DNA from: Akkermansia muciniphila | GTDB lineage: Bacteria > Verrucomicrobiota > Verrucomicrobiia > Limisphaerales > SXTU01 | Length of the DNA stretch: 64,000 bases | Assembly: GCA_945874145.1 (NCBI GenBank) | Contig: CAMCFN010000005.1 | Location: 12,023 to 76,022, forward strand | Reading direction: 5' to 3' | Part shown: piece by piece, positions 59,691-64,000 of the stretch | How positions within the stretch are numbered: position 1 is the stretch's first letter | Layout of the letters: each line of letters starts with the position of its first letter | Translations under genes and position numbers: made by a program | The notes under the pieces: generated by a model | Databases searched by the model: none | What the model was told of the DNA's origin: nothing | What the model saw: only the letters and a program-made list of their open reading frames with translations

Positions 59691-59762
59691 GCGGAGAAGA
59701 TTGCGAGTTGAGGATAGAGAATAAGGAGGTGCGCCCACCGCTCTTCTTTATCCGCTCTCCGC
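59691..59762 (+). repeat. Purine-rich heptad array with terminal inverted 7-mers (possibly related to the AGTGTTC/ACTGAAC elements)
   Basis: GCGGAGA (59691-59697) is the reverse complement of TCTCCGC (59756-59762). Heptads TTGCGAG TTGAGGA TAGAGAA TAAGGAG (59701-59728). CCGCTCT recurs 14 nt apart (59738, 59752). Confidence 0.45.
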
Positions 59763-59781
59763 GCCGTTGCCCCTAACCAGT

Positions 59782-61893
59782 GTGAAGCCCCCCTCCTTAC
59801 TCCTCGCGGCCGCACTGCTCCTCTGGGGTTGGCAGACGGGCCTGCTCGCCTTCGCGCTGCTGATGGCGGTGGTGCTGGAGGCGGCGCGGTGGATCGAGTG
59901 GCGGGTGGATTTCAGCAATAGCGATTTCAACCACGTGGTGGACCTTTGTTCCCTGCTGGCAGCACTGGGTGGCTTTTACTGCGTGCTGACCCGCGACGCG
60001 ACCAATCAGGTGATGACCATGTTCCAGGCGACGAATTTCACCTCGCGGTCTTCCGCGATGAACTCGGTTTCGCAGACCACTTTCATCTTTTTCCAGTGGT
60101 TTCCGATGATACTGTTTCCCGCCGTGGCGGCGCAGTTCTACAGCACGCGCGATGCGGTTCCCCGGTCGTGTTTTCTTTTTTTCGCCCGCCGACGCCTTGC
60201 CCGGGAAGGCCGGCCGCAGCCAGATCGGCCAGCGATCAATCTCACTTATCCCTACTTCGCCGTAGTGCTGTTCTCCGCCTGCCTCGCCAACCAGCGCAAC
60301 AACTGGTTTTACTTCGTCCTTTGCGCGGTGATCAGCGGCACCCTCTGGGTTAATCGCCCGCGCCGCTTCTCCACGGTGATTTGGGTGGCGACCCTCATCT
60401 TGGTGGTGAAAGCCGGCTTTTACGGCCATCGCGGCCTGAGTGAGTTCCAAACTGTGCTGGAGAACAAGGTCGCGAACTGGGTCAGCAACTGGGCCCGCCG
60501 TAGCGGGGACCGAAACGACGCGACCACTGCCATCGGCCGCATCGGCCAGCTCAAGCTCTCCGGCGCGATTGTCATGCACGTCGAACCCGAAGTTGGCCCG
60601 GTCCCAAGCCTGCTGCGCGACACGATGTTCAATCGCTTCGACAGCCCGCGCTGGAGCAACTCGCCCCGCCCCACCGAGGCCCAGATTCTGCCCGTTGGCG
60701 ATGGCACTAGTTGGCCCGTCCTGCTGCGAACCGCCACCAACTTCGTGCGACTGTCCTCGTTTGCCACGCGCGGGCAGTCGGTGCTGGCCCTGCCGCCTGG
60801 GGCCACCTTGATTGAAAATCTGGCCGCCGGGGAAATGTTCACCAGCCAGGCGGGCACCCTGCGGGTGACGCAGGCTCCAGATTTCCTTTACCTCCGTGTG
60901 CAGCATGGGCGCGGCCCCACGAGCGGCGCGCCTCCCCACAAACCGGCCTCGGACAAGACGATTTCTACCGACCTTGCCATTCCATTACGGGAGCACGATG
61001 CGGTCGGAAAAATCGCCGATGAACTTGGTTTGGCCGGCCAGTCCGGGCCGGTGGCCGCGCAGGTGATTGATCGCTTCTTCGCAGAGAACTTCAAATACGG
61101 CTCGTTCCTGCCCAACTCGCTGCGCCAGATTCCCCAAGGCCTGACTCCGCTGGGTTTTTTCCTGCTGAAAAACCGGCGCGGTCACTGCGAGTATTTTGCC
61201 ACCGCCACTGTGATGCTCATGCGTCAGGCGGGCATCCCGGCCCGCTATGTTTATGGCTGGTCCGTGCAGGAACCCGAGCGCGGGACCGGCCGCTTCGTCG
61301 TGCGCGAGCGGCACGCACACGCGTGGTGTGTGTATTGGAATGAGCAAACCCGCACTTGGGTGGACTTGGACACCACCTCGCCCGACTGGGTGGCGAATGA
61401 AAGGCAGAATGCCTCCTTCTGGGAGCCGCTCACTGACCGCTGGTCGCGCGCTTGGTTCGGCTTTTCCAAGTGGCGCTGGCATGGAGCCACGGGCGAGTGG
61501 CAGAACTACTTGCTGCTGGCGCTGGTGGGACTGATCGGGCTCCTCGCTTGGCGCATCCTCGCCCGCCAACGTCGCCGGCGACGCAAGGGCAACGGGCTGT
61601 CGGAGGCCCCGCCCACGGCATGGGCCGGCCTAGATTCGGAATTTTACCGGCTGGAAAACCGGTTGCAGAAAATGGGCCTCGAACGACGCCCGGGAGAAAC
61701 TTGTGGTGACTGGCTGGAACGCATCGAACCGCTCACGGCTGCTCCCATCCCGGCGATCCGAGAGCTCCTACCCCTGCACTATCGTCTGCGCTTCGATCCT
61801 CATGGGCTGACTGGCCCAGAGCGCGGCGCGCTGCAAGCCGGAGTCGCAAAATGGTTGGAAACGGCCCGGCTTGAACCGGGCCAAAGGAATTGA
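59782..61893 (+). CDS. Transglutaminase-like membrane protein (TgpA-like; DUF3488 + transglutaminase core)
   Basis: N-terminal multi-TM region. GHCEYFATATVMLMRQAGIPARYVYGW ... HAWCVYW ... WVDLDTT (Cys-His-Asp). Start uncertain (TTG 59767, GTG 59782, ATG 59863). Confidence 0.82.
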   Translation: MKPPSLLLAAALLLWGWQTGLLAFALLMAVVLEAARWIEWRVDFSNSDFNHVVDLCSLLAALGGFYCVLTRDATNQVMTMFQATNFTSRSSAMNSVSQTTFIFFQWFPMILFPAVAAQFYSTRDAVPRSCFLFFARRRLAREGRPQPDRPAINLTYPYFAVVLFSACLANQRNNWFYFVLCAVISGTLWVNRPRRFSTVIWVATLILVVKAGFYGHRGLSEFQTVLENKVANWVSNWARRSGDRNDATTAIGRIGQLKLSGAIVMHVEPEVGPVPSLLRDTMFNRFDSPRWSNSPRPTEAQILPVGDGTSWPVLLRTATNFVRLSSFATRGQSVLALPPGATLIENLAAGEMFTSQAGTLRVTQAPDFLYLRVQHGRGPTSGAPPHKPASDKTISTDLAIPLREHDAVGKIADELGLAGQSGPVAAQVIDRFFAENFKYGSFLPNSLRQIPQGLTPLGFFLLKNRRGHCEYFATATVMLMRQAGIPARYVYGWSVQEPERGTGRFVVRERHAHAWCVYWNEQTRTWVDLDTTSPDWVANERQNASFWEPLTDRWSRAWFGFSKWRWHGATGEWQNYLLLALVGLIGLLAWRILARQRRRRRKGNGLSEAPPTAWAGLDSEFYRLENRLQKMGLERRPGETCGDWLERIEPLTAAPIPAIRELLPLHYRLRFDPHGLTGPERGALQAGVAKWLETARLEPGQRN

Positions 61894-61902
61894 GGGAGCG
61901 GT

Positions 61903-63399
61903 TCAGCCCTTGAGCTTCCGCTCCAACATCTCGCCCACCAAAGCCGGGTTGGCCTTGCCCTTGGAAAGCTTCATCACCTGGCCTTTGAGCGAGTTGAGGG
62001 CGGCGACTTTGCCGCCTCGATAGTCGGCCACAGCAGCAGGGTTGGCGGCGATCGCATCATCACAGAACTTCTCAATCGCGCCGGTGTCGCTCACCTGCGC
62101 CAGCCCCTTCTCCTGCACGATGACCGCGGGGGCTTTGCCGGTGTCGAACATCTCGGCGAAGACCGTTTGGGCAGCGGAGCTGCTGATCGTCTTGGCCTCC
62201 ACCAAGCCCACCAACTCCAACAGCGCCATCGGTGGGAACTTCAAGTCGGCGAGCGTCGTCAGCTTCTGTTCGGCGGTTTCGAGGCCTAGCTCGGATTGCT
62301 GGGCGGCTTCCAGCTTATTGGTTTCGGCAAGCCGGGCTTGAAGGTTGTTGATCACCCAGTTCGCCACGGCTTTGGGATTCTTCGCCAGCTTGGCGGCGGT
62401 CTCAAAATAACTGCCGAGCGTCACATTGCTCTTGAACACCTCGGCGTCACCGGCGGGGATCTGAAAGTCGCGCATGAGGCGCTGCTTGCGCACCAACGGC
62501 AGCTCCACCAGCCGCGTCTTCACCTCCGCCACCCAAGCTTCCGTCGGGGCCATCGGCATGAGATCCGGCTCGGGGAAATAGCGGTAGTCGTGCGCGTGCT
62601 CCTTCGTGCGCATCTCCTCGGTGATGGCCGCGACATCATCCCAGCGACGCGTGGACTGGATGAGTTTTCCGCCCTTGGAGACCACTTCGATCTGCCGGGC
62701 AATCTCATACTCCGCCGCGCGGCGCACGCCGGAGAAACTGTTCATGTTCTTGATTTCGATCTTCGCACCCAGCGCCGTTGTGCCCTTGGGCCGCACGGAG
62801 ATGTTCACGTCGCAGCGCACCATGCCCTTTTCCATGTCGCAGTCCGAGATGCCGCCCTGATGTAAAATCTCGGTCAACGCGTTGAGGTAGGCGTAGGCCA
62901 TGTCCGCGCTGGTGAGGTCTGGCTCGGAAACGATTTCCAGCAGCGGCACGCCCGCGCGGTTGAAATCCACGCCGCTGTGCCGGTCGAAGTGCGTCAGCTT
63001 GCCCACGTCCTCCTCCAAGTGCGCGCGGGTGATACGGACGCGCGCAAGGCCATCTACCGAGCCGGGACCGTTGAACTCGAAATCCACATGGCCATTGGCC
63101 GTGCTCGGCTGATCGTATTGCGTGAGCTGGTAGTTCTTTGAAGCGTCGGGATAGAAGTAGTTCTTCCGGTCGAACTTTGCGTGCCGGGGAATCTGGCAGT
63201 TCAGCAGCAGGCCCGTGAGCACCGTGAGGCGCAGCGCCTCCTCGTTGGGCACGGGCAGGACGCCGGGCAGCCCGAGGCAGACGGGACACACGTTGGTGTT
63301 GGGCGGCGCGCCGAAGACGTTGGCGCACCCGCACCACATCTTCGACTTCGTCTTCAGCTGGACGTGCGTTTCGAGACCGATGACAGCTTCGTATTCCAT
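61903..63399 (-). CDS. gatB: Asp-tRNA(Asn)/Glu-tRNA(Gln) amidotransferase subunit B
   Basis: Start ATG 63399 (MEYEAVIGLETHVQLKTKSKMWCGC). NVCPVCLGLPG, DRKNYFYPD, C-terminal GatB/YqeY domain. The 190-aa upstream extension is rejected. Confidence 0.95.
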   Translation of the reverse strand: MEYEAVIGLETHVQLKTKSKMWCGCANVFGAPPNTNVCPVCLGLPGVLPVPNEEALRLTVLTGLLLNCQIPRHAKFDRKNYFYPDASKNYQLTQYDQPSTANGHVDFEFNGPGSVDGLARVRITRAHLEEDVGKLTHFDRHSGVDFNRAGVPLLEIVSEPDLTSADMAYAYLNALTEILHQGGISDCDMEKGMVRCDVNISVRPKGTTALGAKIEIKNMNSFSGVRRAAEYEIARQIEVVSKGGKLIQSTRRWDDVAAITEEMRTKEHAHDYRYFPEPDLMPMAPTEAWVAEVKTRLVELPLVRKQRLMRDFQIPAGDAEVFKSNVTLGSYFETAAKLAKNPKAVANWVINNLQARLAETNKLEAAQQSELGLETAEQKLTTLADLKFPPMALLELVGLVEAKTISSSAAQTVFAEMFDTGKAPAVIVQEKGLAQVSDTGAIEKFCDDAIAANPAAVADYRGGKVAALNSLKGQVMKLSKGKANPALVGEMLERKLKG

Positions 63400-63582
63400 A
63401 AACGGCGGCGAAACTCTAACCACGGTTGTCCACGGATGGACATGGATTTTTCTCAAACTGACGCCGGTCCTTGAACGAAGCCCGAGGCTCGATGCCGCCC
63501 ACGGGGCGTTCGCCTTTCCCCTCGACACGCCCCCGGCACCCGCTAATTTCCGCGCGTTCCAGCGCCCGTGCTGGTCCGACAC

Positions 63583-64000
63583 ATGAGCAGCAACGCCCCG
63601 GCGAACCCGAAGATTTCCGTCATCATCCCGATCTACGGGAAGGCCGGTGACCTGCCCCGGCTCATCGACGCCCTCCAGGCCCAGACCCTCCGCCCGCACG
63701 AGATCATCCTCGTGGACAGCAGCCCCAAACCAATTGACAACCCGCCGCCCGGCACGCGGCTGGTGAAAAACCCCGTGGATGTCGCCTTGAGCTGGGATTA
63801 CAACCTTGGCGCGAAGGAAGCCACCGGCGACTACATCCTTAACATGCAGCAGGACTGCGTGCCCGAGGACAAGACCGCACTGGAACGGATGTTCAAGCAG
63901 TTGCACGAAGTCCCCGGCCGCGTGTCGGTCGTGGCCTTGGTGACGCTGCCCGAGGAAAATTTCCTGCAATACAACTTCTGGGGCCAGGTGCTGATGGCCC
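63583..64000 (+). CDS. Glycosyltransferase family 2 (partial; continues past the window end)
   Basis: ISVIIPIYGKAGDLPRLIDAL...ILVDSS is the GT2 N-terminal pattern. The frame is open to position 64000. Confidence 0.78.
   Translation, partial: MSSNAPANPKISVIIPIYGKAGDLPRLIDALQAQTLRPHEIILVDSSPKPIDNPPPGTRLVKNPVDVALSWDYNLGAKEATGDYILNMQQDCVPEDKTALERMFKQLHEVPGRVSVVALVTLPEENFLQYNFWGQVLMA

Noticed and set aside
63400-63969. 190-codon N-terminal extension of the gatB ORF.
   Set aside because: GatB homologues start at MEYEAVIGLETH. The extension is compositionally non-coding and overlaps the divergent promoter region and the 5' part of the GT2 gene antisense.

Overview
This is a high-G+C chromosomal segment; single 60-nt lines I counted by hand in ordinary genes were about 70% G+C. 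It looks like a PVC-superphylum genome, most likely Verrucomicrobiota. That is an inference from hallmark gene pairs (PSCyt/DUF1549/DUF1553 + DUF1501; DUF1592-family + DUF1552), haem-binding dehydrogenase-like beta-propellers and many Sec/TAT-signal proteins.

I call about 55 CDS. I found no rRNA or tRNA, no CRISPR array, and no recognisable integrase or transposase. Most long ORFs in the six-frame track that lie antisense to these genes are high-GC shadow frames.

Core content: glyQS, a dihaem-type sdhCAB operon, kdsD, argS, gnd, gatB, a MoxR-DUF58-transglutaminase triad, and several periplasmic cytochrome c / beta-propeller / DUF1080 proteins.

Main hunt results:
1. A recurring, non-coding, heptad-periodic inverted-array element, (AGTGTTC)n - spacer - (ACTGAAC)n ending ACTTCCC. 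It occurs at three loci in the same orientation, each just upstream of a plus-strand start codon. A related purine-rich version sits at a fourth locus.
2. Two compact toxin-like two-gene cassettes, each wedged inside a normally contiguous PVC gene pair: a small helical protein + stand-alone HNH nuclease, and a 71-aa protein + AbiEii-like nucleotidyltransferase.
3. Insertion scars formed by duplicated gene termini: about 140 bp of a HAD hydrolase 3' end flanking a hicBA + LRR segment, 17 bp of the DUF1592-family gene 3' end flanking a gene remnant, and a weaker 9-bp CCCATGAAT at both edges of the HNH cassette.
4. A bacterial VTC-domain + DUF4956 operon with its own terminator.
5. An overlapping pair encoding a multi-TM protein with a weak FHA-like tail and a DUF3298 (RsiV-like) protein.

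All family assignments come from motifs I recognised by eye. None has been checked against a database.
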